DNA of 64,000 nt. Source: Eledone cirrhosa. Taxonomy: Eukaryota. Made by a program: the position numbers and the translations under genes. The stretch lies in contig OZ024746.1 in the NCBI GenBank assembly GCA_964016885.1, forward strand, positions 38,254,001 through 38,318,000. Reading direction: 5' to 3'. Below the pieces are notes generated by a model. It saw nothing but the letters and a program-made list of their open reading frames with translations, did no database searches and was not told where the DNA came from. Shown here one piece after another: positions 61,701-64,000 of this stretch (its first letter is position 1; the number at the start of each line of letters is the position of its first letter).

Positions 61701-64000
61701 GGCGGAGGCGCGTCGTGGCAACAAAGCCACGATCCGGTCTTTGGTGGACCACGACGGGCGCATGCTACTCGATCCCGGGCAAATGTGTGAAGCTTTTCAG
61801 CGACACTTCGCTCAGTTGTTCGGGGGCAGCGGCGGGCCGGATCGAGGGATGGACTTTAGTGTCTACCTCAACGGACTGCCGCGGCTCTCGGCCACTGAGG
61901 CGGAGTGTTGCGAAAAGCGGATAACAGCAGCTGAAGTACGGGAGGCAATAACTAGCTGCACAAGGGGTAAATCGCCTGGTTTGGATGGTCTGCCCTATTA
62001 ACTTTAGGTACAGATGCCAGACTTGTTCGGAGGCCTCTTGGTGGACGTCTACTGCAACTGGCAACAGAACGGGAGGATTCCCACCTCTGTGAGCCGAGGA
62101 GCTGTGGCGCTGCTGAGAAAGGATCCGAACAAGGGGGATAGTATAGATAATTTTAGACCCATAACTCTGCTAAACACAGAGTTCAAGATTTTGGCCAAGG
62201 TGCTAGCAAAGAGTTTGGCGCTTGTCGTTGGTGGTCTGGTGGGAGAGGCGCAGACATGCGCCATTCCCGACAGATCCATCCACGACAACCTCCACCTCAT
62301 GCGATACATCGTAGAGAGGGTAGCTAGGGAATCTTGCACGGGTGGGTCCTTGATCAATTTAGATCAGTCGAAAGCTTCCGATAGGGTCGATCATCATTAC
62401 CTAGCGGCAGTCCTGAGGGCGGCTGGCTTTGGGCCCGTCTTCAGAGGCTGGATCGCTGCTATGCACAGCGACATCTGCTCTGTGGTGAGAGTGAACGGTC
62501 ACCTTTCGGAACCATTCAACATCATGCGCTCAGTCCGCCAAGGATGTCCACTCTCGTCCCTCTTGTACGTATTGCCTCTCGATCCATTACTGCACAAATT
62601 GGAGACGCTGAGGGGTTCCCGCGCGAACTAGGATGGGGAAGATCCGTGTCAGCATATGCGGACGATGTCACCGTAGTGGTGTCGAACGCCAAACACATCG
62701 AGGCGATCGGCACTACACTAAGAGAATACGAAACGGTGACATGGGCAATGATCAACCAGGAAAAGTCAGTGGGCCTGCAGCTCGGCCCCTGGACAGACGG
62801 ACCAGTTAAATTGCTCGGGGCCTGGTTCGGTCCGGATCTCCAGACGGACAAAAACTGGGACGAGGTGACGAGCAGGGTGGCATCTCTCATCCAGACATGG
62901 GCCGAGAGGAAGCTATCCCTGAAAGGTCGAGCGGAGGTGGATAACGCGTATATCGCGTCCGTCACCTACTACCGCCTAACCGTCGTACCTTGTCCTAAGC
63001 CCCGCCTGACTGCGCTGGAGCGTTTGCTCTTTCGCTTTTTGTGGAAGGGACGCGCTCCGATGGTCAGGCGATCCATCTGCTGTCAACTCCCGCAACGTGG
63101 AGGGCTGGGAATGCCGTGGCTGATGATGCGCAGACACGCGCTCAGTCTACGACATCTCCACCTCTTCCTCGACGGTGATCAGGTGTGGTCTGCGTTTGCT
63201 AGACGCGTCTTTCCCCAGCTGTCTCCTTGACGGAGCAGCAGTCATGGGTCAAGCGAAGACCCAGGGGGAGCGCTTGGAGACTGGAATGTCTTCAGGCGCT
63301 CACAGCCCTCGACCAATCGGGCAATGTGATCGGTGGAAACTCCACCTTTGCGTTCTATAGAGGATTATTGGAGAGGAAGAGCGACGACGTACTTGGGGAA
63401 ACTCTAGGCGTCGACGAAAATCAACTAACCAATCTCTTCGGAAGAACTTTCGGGCCGGGGCCTATGGACAACTTCCAGAAATCCCTGGCCTGGCAGTGCT
63501 ACCGAGGAGCTTTGCCAGTTCGGGATAAACTCTACAGTCATGGAGGTGCCGTCAGCCGGGCATGTCCGAGATGCGCGCAGGGCGACGAAACCGTCCTGCA
63601 CGCACTCGTCCAGTGTCCGAGCATTGCTGACTTGTGGGTTTATGTCGAACACCTGCTGTCGCGTGTGGGACGGAGCAAGCTATCAGCTGAGTCCTTAGTG
63701 AGGATTGACCCGCCCTCTTCCTTTAGCCGGGAAGGGCAAGCAGTTTTTATCTGTCTGGTGGCTATGGCGAAAGAGATAGTATGGTGGACACGTTTGAAAG
63801 GGCTGAAGACGAGCACTTACTTCTTTGATGATGCCCTTATTAACTTTTTCAAATTTCATTTGAAAAGGAAAATCAGCGTAGAAAGGAAAGTGCTCTCTTC
63901 CCAGCATTTTATTGAAACATGGGTGAGAGAGGCAAGAATGGCCCGAATGAAGTATGTGTCTGTATGTGTCTGAGTATGTGTCTGTAAATTAAAGGTGGAA
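58758..64000 (+). mobile_element. Tx1 subfamily A copy 5 (5' end present, frameshifted, runs off the window end)
   Basis: (ATT)4|GGCGACCTACG 5' end identical to copies 2 and 3; ORF1 with CVVCGVGTHLRDFC; endonuclease partly deleted at ~61412; RT QGCPLS and YADD; CPRC finger. Confidence 0.93.

Overview
Eukaryotic, AT-rich, microsatellite-rich DNA with no confidently identifiable host gene. The SINE and repeat content suggests an invertebrate, probably a cephalopod such as octopus (inference from recalled repeat sequences). About two-thirds of the window is non-LTR retrotransposon. There are nine copies or fragments of L1/Tx1-clade LINEs in about five subfamilies (CCHC ORF1 plus APE-RT-zinc-finger ORF2), five R4/Dong-clade pieces in two families (RT, CCHC, PD-(D/E)xK endonuclease) and several tRNA-derived SINEs. 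These are chained end to end through (AAT)n/(ATT)n tracts in three clusters (1-11.5 kb, 29.4-57.0 kb, 58.7 kb to end) with near-strict strand polarity. The middle region holds a CR1-type LINE, an RTE relic, a bipartite RTE-derived element in (TATG)n, Penelope-like relics and long fold-back palindromes whose arms carry minimal hammerhead ribozymes. The main candidates for something new are: (1) a multi-clade (AAT)n-targeting retroelement community, including a SINE whose 3' end mimics the Tx1 3' end; (2) a conserved splice donor/acceptor pair bracketing Tx1 ORF2; (3) hammerhead-bearing fold-backs. All calls are by eye, and element boundaries are approximate.
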